This document shows positions 44,477 to 53,612 of a DNA stretch of 64,000 bases, in pieces. The stretch's first letter is position 1. Every line of letters starts with the position of its first letter. This DNA comes from Escherichia coli (GTDB lineage: Bacteria; Pseudomonadota; Gammaproteobacteria; Enterobacterales; Enterobacteriaceae): the NCBI RefSeq assembly GCF_045037415.1, contig NZ_CP173438.1; one strand, given 5' to 3'. The notes below the pieces were generated by a model, which ran no database searches, was not told where the DNA came from, and saw nothing but the letters and a program-made list of their open reading frames with translations. The position numbers were made by a program, and so were the translations under genes.

Positions 44477-45670
44477 TCACATCACCGCAGCAAACGCCTT
44501 TGCCACGCGATGCACATTTTGCGTGTTAAGCCCGGCGACACACATGCGACCGCTGGCGATGAGATAGACACCAAATTCTTCACGTAGTTGGTCAACCTGA
44601 GCGGCACTTAAACCGGTATAACTGAACATGCCGCGCTGATTAAGCAGATAATCGAAATTGCGTTCTGGCATCTCTGTGCTCAATACCTTCACCAGTTCCT
44701 GACGCATTGCCAGAATGCGAGTTCGCATCTCTTCTACTTCCACCAGCCAGCTGGCTTTCAATGCCTCGTCATTCAGCACCGCAGCCACCACCTGCGCACC
44801 AAAATTCGGCGGGCTGGAGTAGTTGCGGCGAACAGTTGCTTTCAATTGCCCCAGTACGCGGCCTGCGGCTTCGGCATCTTCACACAGAACAGAAAGTCCG
44901 CCGACGCGCTCGCCGTAAAGGGAGAAAATTTTCGAGAACGAATTGCTCACCAGAGCGGGTAATCCAGCGCTGGCAATGGCGCGAATGGCGTAGGCATCCT
45001 CTTCCATACCGGCACCAAATCCTTGATAGGCAATATCAAGAAATGGGATAAGCTCACGGGCTTTGAGAATTTCAATCACCGCATCCCACTGCTCATTAGT
45101 GAGATCGGCACCCGTTGGGTTGTGGCAACATGGATGCAGCAACACAATACTGCGGGCAGGTAATGTTTTCAGCGTCGCCAACAGGTCATTAAAGCGCACG
45201 CCGTTAGTCGCTTCGTCATACCAGGGGTAAGTACTTACTTCGAATCCAGCCCCGGCGAATATTGCTACGTGGTTTTCCCAGGTAGGATCGCTGACCCAGA
45301 CGCTTGATTCCGGGAAGTAGCGTTTCAGGAAATCTGCGCCCACTTTCAATGCCCCTGAGCCGCCAAGGGTTTGAATGGTTGCTACGCGCTGTTGTTGCAG
45401 TACCGGATGGTCCGCACCAAACAGCAGCGGCGCAATGGCATGGCGATAGCTGTTAAGCCCTTCCATCGGTAAATAAAGCGAAGCACCATGAGGCTGCGCA
45501 TTCAGGCGCGCTTCCGCATCCGCCACGGCTTTCAGTTGTGGAATAATTCCGTCTTCGTTGTAGTACAGACCGATACTTAAATTCACTTTGTCGCTGCGAG
45601 GGTCTTCTTTAAAACGCTCCATAAGCGTAAGAATCGGGTCGCCAGCGTAGGCGTCAACTTTTTGAAACAC
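44477..45670 (-). CDS. tyrB: Aromatic-amino-acid aminotransferase
   Basis: 397 aa from GTG 45670 ([14 protein letters not shown]). PLP lysine in [16 protein letters not shown]. Confidence 0.95.
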   Translation of the reverse strand: MFQKVDAYAGDPILTLMERFKEDPRSDKVNLSIGLYYNEDGIIPQLKAVADAEARLNAQPHGASLYLPMEGLNSYRHAIAPLLFGADHPVLQQQRVATIQTLGGSGALKVGADFLKRYFPESSVWVSDPTWENHVAIFAGAGFEVSTYPWYDEATNGVRFNDLLATLKTLPARSIVLLHPCCHNPTGADLTNEQWDAVIEILKARELIPFLDIAYQGFGAGMEEDAYAIRAIASAGLPALVSNSFSKIFSLYGERVGGLSVLCEDAEAAGRVLGQLKATVRRNYSSPPNFGAQVVAAVLNDEALKASWLVEVEEMRTRILAMRQELVKVLSTEMPERNFDYLLNQRGMFSYTGLSAAQVDQLREEFGVYLIASGRMCVAGLNTQNVHRVAKAFAAVM

Positions 45671-45751
45671 GCGATGGTTCTCCAGGTTTACGGGCAGGTG
45701 GTTAAACCACAATAAACCGGAAGAAGGCGAAGATCGAGAGGATGTTCAAAG

Positions 45752-46756
45752 TCAGTCGGGAAGTTGGCGAAGAATTTGCTCCACTCGCTCTTGCAGTGGC
45801 CCCGAAACCGAAAGATAAGGAATGTTCCTGCGCGACAATTCCTGTTCATACCACACCTGTTGCCGTGCGCGAAATACCTCTCCTTGCCGGGTGCCATCCT
45901 GCACGAAGGGAAATTCTGCGCCGCAAAGCACTACCAGAGAGTATTCCCGCTCCGCCAGTTGGTGAAGTTCTTGCGGAGCATGACCATATTGATCAAGGGC
46001 ATAGAATAAGGTCGTGAGTGGCGACGTGTCACATATAAGATAGTGATTAGCTTCTGCTTGTTGTTCCCGGCGTACCTGTTCGCAGGCGATATGCAACAAA
46101 TCATCCGCAGTTAAGATACCGTTTTTTTCTTCCCAATAGTCGCGGCCAAATTCAGCGACATACACCGTATCAAGCACGCCCGCCAGCGCTTTTGAAAGCG
46201 TGCTTTTACCGGTAGATTCGCCACCAAGCAGACAGATACGGCGAACGAAACTGTAATAAACATCATTCGCCAACATGTAGCGATAGCGGTGAACATCGGA
46301 ACGAATAAGCGTTCCCGAAGGCGCTTCATCGCCAACTGGGCGCGCCATTCGAACGTGTTCAACGGGTTGGGCAAAACGCCGCGCCAGCACGTTAGCAAAG
46401 CCATCGCCATAGTCTTCTGCAGTAAATACAGCGTGTGGGCGGCAACGTAATATCTGCAAGCATAGCGTCGCCACATAATGACGGTGGATGTCGGCATCAG
46501 CATTGTTATGCGGGATAGCAGGTAAGTTATAACGCGCAACAAGCTCTGGCGTCAGTACCAAAAACGTCGCTTGCGGGAAGCGCACTTGCAGCCACGTCAG
46601 GCGCTTTTCAGGTTCACAGTCAGGCATTTCCGGCACGGAATAACTGATGATGAACAGTTCTTCACATTGCGCCAGTGCGGTATTGATCAACTTTTCATGA
46701 CCACAATGCAAAGGCGCGAATTTACCAACCACCAGACCCGTTGCAAAAGGCTTCAT
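45752..46756 (-). CDS. NadR-like bifunctional NMN adenylyltransferase / ribosylnicotinamide kinase lacking the N-terminal HTH domain
   Basis: 334 aa from ATG 46756 (ATGA overlap with the upstream gene). Nucleotidyltransferase motif GKFAPLHCGHEKLI. P-loop LLGGESTGKSTL in the C-terminal half. Confidence 0.7.
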   Translation of the reverse strand: MKPFATGLVVGKFAPLHCGHEKLINTALAQCEELFIISYSVPEMPDCEPEKRLTWLQVRFPQATFLVLTPELVARYNLPAIPHNNADADIHRHYVATLCLQILRCRPHAVFTAEDYGDGFANVLARRFAQPVEHVRMARPVGDEAPSGTLIRSDVHRYRYMLANDVYYSFVRRICLLGGESTGKSTLSKALAGVLDTVYVAEFGRDYWEEKNGILTADDLLHIACEQVRREQQAEANHYLICDTSPLTTLFYALDQYGHAPQELHQLAEREYSLVVLCGAEFPFVQDGTRQGEVFRARQQVWYEQELSRRNIPYLSVSGPLQERVEQILRQLPD

Positions 46757-47310
46757 GATGTTTGCAACTCTTTGCGCCATTGATACAAACCATACCAGGC
46801 GTTAATCCAGAACAGGAAATATAAGCCAGCGGTCAGGTTTAAACCGCGCGTCATATACAGTGGCACCGCCAGGGTATTCACCGCTAACCAGACGTACCAG
46901 TTTTCGATACGTCTTCCCATCAACATGAATTGTGCCAGAACGCTGAAGGTCAAAATCAACGAATCCAGCCAGGGTGCCCAAGCATTGGTAAAGGTGTGGA
47001 GTAAAAAGCCGTAACCGCCTGCCACGACGACAGCACAGAGCAACAAAAGGAAAAAGTGACTGGCTTGCGTTCGGCGCACCGGCAAGATGTCGCCACCCTG
47101 ACCTTTCAGCCAGTGGATCCAGCCAGTGATGCTGGTCACGATGAAGAATAACTGGAGCGTAACGTCGGCATAGAGTTGCACGGACCAAAAAACCCAGCCG
47201 TACAATATGCTGCCAATTATGCCGATCCACCATGTATGCACATTGTTTCTGGCAGCCAGCCAGACGGAAACCGCGTATGCCAGACACGCGGCGATTTCTG
47301 AATAAGACAT
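46753..47310 (-). CDS. PnuC-family (nicotinamide riboside-type) transporter, short form
   Basis: 185-aa Trp-rich polytopic ORF (..NNVHTWWIGIIGSILYGWVFW..; ..WYVWLAVN..) with SD gggaggga. It starts 22 nt after the alr stop. Confidence 0.65.
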   Translation of the reverse strand: MSYSEIAACLAYAVSVWLAARNNVHTWWIGIIGSILYGWVFWSVQLYADVTLQLFFIVTSITGWIHWLKGQGGDILPVRRTQASHFFLLLLCAVVVAGGYGFLLHTFTNAWAPWLDSLILTFSVLAQFMLMGRRIENWYVWLAVNTLAVPLYMTRGLNLTAGLYFLFWINAWYGLYQWRKELQTS

Positions 47311-47332
47311 TGTCCCTCCCTGGAGACGAATA

Positions 47333-48412
47333 TTAATCCACGTATTTCATCGCGACTCTTGAAGTCAGGCGCGTAATAAGTTCGTAAGCACTTACCTTCG
47401 TCATTTCAGCGATACGTTCTACGGGCAAACCTTCGCCCCATAAAATGACCGGGGCCCCGGCTTTATCCTGCGCCTGTGGACCTAAGTCTACGCAGATCAT
47501 ATCCATCGCCACGCGCCCGACAATCGGCACTTCGCGACCGTTCACCAGCACTGGCGTACCGGACGGCGCGGCGCGCGGATAACCATCGCCATAGCCCATC
47601 GCGACTACGCCAAGACGAGTATCACGTTCGCTTACCCAGGTTCCACCATAACCGACAGGCTCTCCGGCTTTATGCTCACGCACGGCAATCAGGCTGGAGG
47701 TTAGCGACATCACTGGCTGACAGCCAAAATCGGCACCGGTGGAGCGATCTTCCAGCGGAGATACGCCGTAAAGAATGATGCCCGGGCGCACCCAGTCAAA
47801 ATGCGACTGTGGCCAGAGTAAAATGCCACCCGACGCGGCAATGGAACGTTGACCAGGCTTGCCTTCGCAAAAGGTATTAAAGATAGCGAGTTGCTTCTCG
47901 GTTGCGCCACATTTTGGTTCATCCGCGCGCGCAAAATGGCTGACGATATTCACCGGCTGACGAACGTTTTTGCACTGGGTCAGACGATGATAAAACGCCT
48001 CAGCCTGTTCCGGCCTTACGCCCAGACGGTGCATACCGGTATCGAGTTTCATCCAGACGGTAACCGGCTCGTCCAGGTTAGCCTCTTCCAGCGCAGCAAG
48101 CTGTTCTTCGTTATGCACGGCGGTATGAAAATGTTGCGCAGAAATCGTCGGTAGATCTCTGGCATCAAAAAAGCCTTCGAGTAAAAGTACAGGTTTGGTG
48201 ATTCCCCCCGCACGCAGTCGCAGAGCTTCTTCGAGACGGGCTACGCCAAAGGCGTCAGCATCGGGGAGCGTTCGCGCGGTCTCAAGAAGACCGTGACCAT
48301 AAGCGTTCGCTTTCACCACCGCAACCATTTTACTGGCAGGTGCCAGTTCACGAAGACGTTGCAGGTTGTGTCGCAGAGCGCGGCGGTTAATCACAACAGT
48401 TGCCGCTTGCAT
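47333..48412 (-). CDS. alr: Alanine racemase (biosynthetic)
   Basis: 359 aa. PLP-lysine motif [10 protein letters not shown]. Confidence 0.95.
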   Translation of the reverse strand: MQAATVVINRRALRHNLQRLRELAPASKMVAVVKANAYGHGLLETARTLPDADAFGVARLEEALRLRAGGITKPVLLLEGFFDARDLPTISAQHFHTAVHNEEQLAALEEANLDEPVTVWMKLDTGMHRLGVRPEQAEAFYHRLTQCKNVRQPVNIVSHFARADEPKCGATEKQLAIFNTFCEGKPGQRSIAASGGILLWPQSHFDWVRPGIILYGVSPLEDRSTGADFGCQPVMSLTSSLIAVREHKAGEPVGYGGTWVSERDTRLGVVAMGYGDGYPRAAPSGTPVLVNGREVPIVGRVAMDMICVDLGPQAQDKAGAPVILWGEGLPVERIAEMTKVSAYELITRLTSRVAMKYVD

Positions 48413-48464
48413 TTGTGTTCCTTGATAAGTGTTTGCTTTAATTACCTAATTCATAAAATAATTA

Positions 48465-49880
48465 TTATTCGTCGTCGTACTGCGGCCCCGCATAGTTGTC
48501 GAAGCGCGACCATTGACCGTTAAAGGTCAGGCGTACCGTCCCGATTGGGCCGTTACGTTGTTTACCGATAATAATTTCCGCGATGCCTTTTAAATCACTG
48601 TTTTCGTGATACACCTCATCACGATAGATAAACATGATCAAGTCCGCATCCTGCTCGATAGAGCCAGATTCACGCAGGTCGGAGTTGACCGGGCGTTTGT
48701 CGGCACGTTGTTCCAGAGAACGGTTCAACTGGGACAGCGCCACCACCGGCACGTTCAGTTCTTTCGCCAGTGCTTTCAGCGAGCGGGAGATTTCTGCAAT
48801 TTCCAGCGTACGGTTATCGGAAAGCGCCGGTACGCGCATCAGTTGCAGGTAGTCGATCATGATAAGCCCGATGCCGCCGTGTTCACGGGCAATACGGCGT
48901 GCGCGGGAACGCACTTCCGTTGGCGTCAGGCCGGAGGAATCATCGATATAGATATTGCGTTTTTCGAGCAAAATACCCATGGTGCCGGAAATGCGTGCCC
49001 AATCTTCATCATCGAGCTGCCCGGTACGGATTTTAGTCTGGTCAACACGCGACAGCGACGCCAGAGAACGCATCATAATCTGTTCTGATGGCATCTCCAG
49101 CGAGAAGATAAGTACCGGTTTATCCTGCAACATCGCCGCGTTTTCGACGAGGTTCATCGCAAATGTCGTTTTACCCATCGACGGACGCGCGGCAACGATG
49201 ATCAAATCCGACGGCTGCAAGCCAGCGGTTTTTTTGTTGAGATCGTCATAACCGGTGTTTACCCCGGTAACGCCATCGTGTGGCTGCTGAAACAACTGCT
49301 CAATACGCGCCACGGTTGCGTCGAGCACATCGGCGATGTTCTTCGGCCCTTCGTCTTTGTTTGCACGACTTTCGGCAATTTTGAAGACGCGGGATTCAGC
49401 AAGGTCCAGCAGATCTTCACTGGTACGCCCTTGTGGATCAAAACCGGCTTCGGCAATCTCATTCGCAACGGAGATCATCTCACGGACAACGGCACGTTCG
49501 CGCACGATATCCGCATAGGCACTGATGTTCGCCGCACTTGGCGTATTTTTTGACAGCTCTGCCAGATAAGCAAAACCACCGACGCTATCGAGTTGCCCCT
49601 GGCGTTCCAGCGATTCCGCAAGGGTAATCAGATCGATAGGACTACCGCTTTCCTGCAAACGCGCCATTTCAGTAAAGATATGACGGTGTGGGCGGGTGTA
49701 AAAATCGTCTGCCACCACACGCTCGGCTACATCATCCCAGCGTTCGTTATCCAGCATTAAACCGCCCAACACCGACTGCTCCGCTTCGATCGAGTGCGGA
49801 GGCACTTTCAGCCCGGCAACTTGTGGATCGCGTTCGCGGTTATCAGTCTGTTGTTTGTTGAAAGGTCTATTGCCTGCCAT
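48465..49880 (-). CDS. dnaB: Replicative DNA helicase
   Basis: 471 aa from ATG 49880 (MAGNRPFNKQQ). Walker A ARPSMGKTTF. Confidence 0.97.
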   Translation of the reverse strand: MAGNRPFNKQQTDNRERDPQVAGLKVPPHSIEAEQSVLGGLMLDNERWDDVAERVVADDFYTRPHRHIFTEMARLQESGSPIDLITLAESLERQGQLDSVGGFAYLAELSKNTPSAANISAYADIVRERAVVREMISVANEIAEAGFDPQGRTSEDLLDLAESRVFKIAESRANKDEGPKNIADVLDATVARIEQLFQQPHDGVTGVNTGYDDLNKKTAGLQPSDLIIVAARPSMGKTTFAMNLVENAAMLQDKPVLIFSLEMPSEQIMMRSLASLSRVDQTKIRTGQLDDEDWARISGTMGILLEKRNIYIDDSSGLTPTEVRSRARRIAREHGGIGLIMIDYLQLMRVPALSDNRTLEIAEISRSLKALAKELNVPVVALSQLNRSLEQRADKRPVNSDLRESGSIEQDADLIMFIYRDEVYHENSDLKGIAEIIIGKQRNGPIGTVRLTFNGQWSRFDNYAGPQYDDE

Positions 49881-49952
49881 AACGAATGGTGTTACCTGCT
49901 GTTGAATGGGGGACAAGAGAGTATAGCGAGAAACAGTTTCTCGCTACAGCAT

Positions 49953-50987
49953 TTAACGCCCCCGCTTTCCGGTGGAAGCGCGAATTTGCAGGGTCGGGCG
50001 ATAGATGTAATGGCTGAGCGGTGCGTCTGGTTGCGCAATACGCCGTAAAATTTGCTGCGCCGCCTGTTTCCCCAGAGCCAATGGTTCTACCGCAATTGTG
50101 GTTAACGGCGGGTTACTGTAAGCACAAGCCGCCACGCCATCATTACCAATCAACGAAATATCTTCCCCGGCAAATAATCCTCTTTCGCCTAGTGCCGACT
50201 CCGCGCCAAAAGCCATTAAATCGTTATAACAAATCACCGCTGTGGGTGGCGAAGGCATATCCAACAGCTGTTGCATCAACTGGTAGCCGTTGGCCTGAGT
50301 CGGTTCAGCACGCAGCGAAAAAGCATCAGTACTCCACGGCTGTAAACCATGGTGATTCATCGCCTCAAGGTATCCCTGATAACGCATATGGTGCGTAAGA
50401 CCACCAATAAACACGATATCTCTGTGCCCTTGTTGAATGAGATATTCCGTCGCTTCCCGTACACCTGCGTGGCTGTCCACGCCAACGTAATCGACGGGCA
50501 ATTGTTGCCAATCCAGAGGGCGCATCGTGATTAATAAGGGTGTGGAACTGTTGGCATAACGCTGTAAATCGGCTTCTGAGGTACTGTTCACTGGACAGAG
50601 GACAATGCCCGCGACGTGGTGTTCCAGCAAGGTATCAAGCACCTGTTTTTGCCGGTCACTACGCTGGGAGGTATTGGACATCACGGTGATAAAACCGTGC
50701 TCCGCCAGCGTCATCTCAAGACCCATAGTAAATTCAGCGAAGAAAGGATTTATCAAATCGTCAATGACTACGCCGATAGTTAGCGATTTTTGCGAACGCA
50801 GATTGGCAGCAAAACGGTTATAGACATAGCCTAATTGTTCAATGGCTTGCTGGACTTTTTGTTGCGTCTCTTTTTTGATAAGTGAACTGTCGTTGAGAAC
50901 CAGCGATACAGTCGATTTCGAAACGCCAGCCGCACGCGCAACATCGGTTAATGTTACCCGCTTTCTTCCTGTATCCGACTTCGCCAT
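49953..50987 (-). CDS. LacI/GalR-family transcriptional repressor
   Basis: 344 aa from ATG 50987 (SD ggag). HTH VTLTDVARAAGVSKSTVSLVLN followed by a periplasmic-binding-protein-like effector domain. Confidence 0.85.
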   Translation of the reverse strand: MAKSDTGRKRVTLTDVARAAGVSKSTVSLVLNDSSLIKKETQQKVQQAIEQLGYVYNRFAANLRSQKSLTIGVVIDDLINPFFAEFTMGLEMTLAEHGFITVMSNTSQRSDRQKQVLDTLLEHHVAGIVLCPVNSTSEADLQRYANSSTPLLITMRPLDWQQLPVDYVGVDSHAGVREATEYLIQQGHRDIVFIGGLTHHMRYQGYLEAMNHHGLQPWSTDAFSLRAEPTQANGYQLMQQLLDMPSPPTAVICYNDLMAFGAESALGERGLFAGEDISLIGNDGVAACAYSNPPLTTIAVEPLALGKQAAQQILRRIAQPDAPLSHYIYRPTLQIRASTGKRGR

Positions 50988-51048
50988 GCCTGCTCCAAAC
51001 CCCCATAAGATCAAGGCAATTACTTTATCATAATCTCCTTTTACTCAT

Positions 51049-51073
51049 GCGATCCGTTAACGCAAGGGATCGC
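51049..51073. promoter_or_regulatory. Inverted repeat in the divergent control region (candidate operator)
   Basis: GCGATCC-gttaacgcaag-GGATCGC, 7-bp arms. It sits between the LacI-family gene and the CoA-transferase operon, and an AT-rich tract follows. Confidence 0.25.
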
Positions 51074-51242
51074 AGGAGATCGTCGTTTCGATCACAGATT
51101 CGCACTTCCCTTGTTGTGTTTTTTACACCCTAATCGTACAAATTACGCATAAATTAGATCGTTCCAATTAATTTATGAAAATTATCATATTGTTTTAAAT
51201 GTATATTTTTAATTATTTTTATATCGAAACAAGGAAATTATT

Positions 51243-52814
51243 ATGTGCTCTGTACGCACGATCACTGCACCGGAAGCTGCAGATTTGATTGTTGATGGCG
51301 CAGTTGTCACCGTCTCCTCCTCCAGTGGAATGGGGTGTCCGGATGCGGTGCTGGCAGCAATAGGTGAACGCTTTCAACGTGCCGGACATCCGCAAAACAT
51401 CACCTCCATCCACCCTATCGCCGCTGGTGATATGTATGGCGTAAAAGGCATCGATCATCTGGCGCAACCGGGCTTACTGGCAAAAGTGATCGCTGGCTCC
51501 TACCCCTCCGGTCCATCATCAATGACGCCTCCGTTAATCTGGCAAATGATCAATGACAACGCGATCCCCGCCTGGAATCTGCCTTCCGGGATCTTATTTG
51601 ATATGCACCGGGAAGCGGCGGCTCATCGTCCTGGCGTGCTGACACAAACAGGCATGGATACCTATGTGGATCCCCTGTTGCAGGGCGGTGCAATGAATGA
51701 AAAAGCGGCGCAACAATCTCTGGTTGAACGTGTTCGATTTGCTAACGACGACTGGCTGTTTTTCCCCAGTATCGTGCCGCAGGTGGCGATCATTCGCGCT
51801 ACCACTGCCGATGAACGCGGCAACCTGACTTATGAACATGAAGGGGCTTATCTGGGGCCACTGGAACAGGCTACTGCCGTTCGCAATAATGGTGGCATCA
51901 TAATTGCGCAAGTAAAACGACAGGTTGCCGCCGGAAGTCTGAAACCAAAAGAGGTGCGTATTCCGGGTGTACTGGTGGATTACATCGTGATTGCGCCGGA
52001 ACAAACACAAACGACACAAACGCAATATGAACCTGCCATTTCCGGCGAAATCAGTCGTCCGCTGTCAGCCTTTCGTTATATGGAACATGGCCCGGCGCGA
52101 GTTATTGCCCAGCGAGTCGCGCAAGAACTACAAAGTGGAGATGCGGTAAATATTGGCTTTGGTATTTCTGCCAACGTACCACGCATTTTACTGGAACAAG
52201 GTCGCCACGGTGACGTCACCTGGCTGCTGGAACAGGGCGCGATTGGCGGAGTTCCACTGCTGGAATTTCAGTTCGGTTGTGCCTCTAATGCAGAAGCATT
52301 TTTGCCCTCTCCCCAGCAGTTCACCTATTTCCAGGGTGGTGGTTTTGATCTCACTCTGATGTCGTTTTTACAAATCGGCGCAGATGGCTCAGTGAACGTC
52401 TCACATCTCCCCGCTCGTCCACATGTCACTGCCGGATGCGGTGGATTTATTGATATCACCTCACATGCGAAACGCATTATTTTCTCTGGCTTTTTCAATG
52501 CCGGTGCCCAACTGCAACTGGAAGAGGGTCAGCTGCGTATCATTAAAGAAGGCAAAGCCAAAAAACTGGTACAGGACGTCGCCCACGTGACGTTCTCCGG
52601 CAAACGCGCAATAAGACTCGGGCAACAAGTACAGTACATTACTGAACGCTGCGTTCTGGAATTAACCCCAGACGGGCTACTGGTCACAGAAATTGCCCCA
52701 GGTATTGATCCTGAACGCGACATTCTCGCCCAAAGCGATGCCCCACTCCGTCTGGCAGACGATCTCAAACTAATGAATCCCCTCTATTTTCAACAAGGAA
52801 GTCACCATGAATAA
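51243..52814 (+). CDS. Family-I acyl-CoA:carboxylate CoA-transferase, fused alpha/beta (YdiF / propionate CoA-transferase-like)
   Basis: 523 aa, collinear with E. coli YdiF as I recall it (..NLPSGILFDMHREAAAHRPGVLTQTGMDTYVDP.., ..IIRATTADERGNLTYEHE.., ..GCGGFIDIT.., ..YITERCVLELTPDGL..). Confidence 0.8.
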   Translation: MCSVRTITAPEAADLIVDGAVVTVSSSSGMGCPDAVLAAIGERFQRAGHPQNITSIHPIAAGDMYGVKGIDHLAQPGLLAKVIAGSYPSGPSSMTPPLIWQMINDNAIPAWNLPSGILFDMHREAAAHRPGVLTQTGMDTYVDPLLQGGAMNEKAAQQSLVERVRFANDDWLFFPSIVPQVAIIRATTADERGNLTYEHEGAYLGPLEQATAVRNNGGIIIAQVKRQVAAGSLKPKEVRIPGVLVDYIVIAPEQTQTTQTQYEPAISGEISRPLSAFRYMEHGPARVIAQRVAQELQSGDAVNIGFGISANVPRILLEQGRHGDVTWLLEQGAIGGVPLLEFQFGCASNAEAFLPSPQQFTYFQGGGFDLTLMSFLQIGADGSVNVSHLPARPHVTAGCGGFIDITSHAKRIIFSGFFNAGAQLQLEEGQLRIIKEGKAKKLVQDVAHVTFSGKRAIRLGQQVQYITERCVLELTPDGLLVTEIAPGIDPERDILAQSDAPLRLADDLKLMNPLYFQQGSHHE

Positions 52815-53586
52815 CGGCACCATTGACCTCCAGCGCAACGGTTTCATTGCCACTTTGGTGATTAATCGCCCGGCGAAACTCAACGCATTAACCCCAGAGA
52901 TGCTCGAACAACTGCTGGCGCATTGCCACACGTTGGAAACTGATTCGGAGATCCGCGTAGTACTGCTGACCAGTGCCAGTGAAAAAGCGTTTTGTGTCGG
53001 CGCGGATATTCATCGCTGGACCTCTCTTTCTGCACTCGATATGTGGCGCAACTGGATCCGCCGCGGTCATCAGGCATTTGATGCTCTGGCACAACTGCCA
53101 CAGCCCGTAATCGCCCTGTTGCACGGCCTGGCTTATGGCGGTGGTCTGGAACTGGCTGCTACCGCCGATATCCGTATTTGTAGCGCCGAAGCACAAATGG
53201 CACTACCAGAAACCGGGCTGGCGACAGTGCCTGGCTGGTCAGGAACGCAGCGGCTGACGGCACTGCTTGGGCGCTCACTGGTGAAAGAACTGGTATTTAC
53301 CGGTGAACCACTGGATGCACAGCGGGCACTGTCCTGCGGGCTGGTGAATCGCGTTGTCGCCAGGGAGGCGTTACACGACGCCGGACTGCAACTGGCACAA
53401 CGTATCGCCCAGCGTGCTCCCGTTGCAGTGCAGATCGCCAAGCAGGTTATTGATGCCGGAGAAGGTATTGCTGTGGCCTCGACGCTTGAAGCACTGGCTG
53501 GCGCTTTTTCCGCCACGACTGAAGATGCTCATGAAGGCAGTCAGGCATTTACTGAGAAGCGTCAACCGCACTTTCAGGCACGCTGA
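52807..53586 (+). CDS. Enoyl-CoA hydratase/isomerase (crotonase fold)
   Basis: 259 aa with oxyanion-hole segments FCVGADI and LHGLAYGGGLELA. 8-nt overlap with the CoA-transferase gene. Confidence 0.85.
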   Translation: MNNGTIDLQRNGFIATLVINRPAKLNALTPEMLEQLLAHCHTLETDSEIRVVLLTSASEKAFCVGADIHRWTSLSALDMWRNWIRRGHQAFDALAQLPQPVIALLHGLAYGGGLELAATADIRICSAEAQMALPETGLATVPGWSGTQRLTALLGRSLVKELVFTGEPLDAQRALSCGLVNRVVAREALHDAGLQLAQRIAQRAPVAVQIAKQVIDAGEGIAVASTLEALAGAFSATTEDAHEGSQAFTEKRQPHFQAR

Positions 53587-53612
53587 TCGCCTCTTACAAG
53601 GAAAGAAAGATA

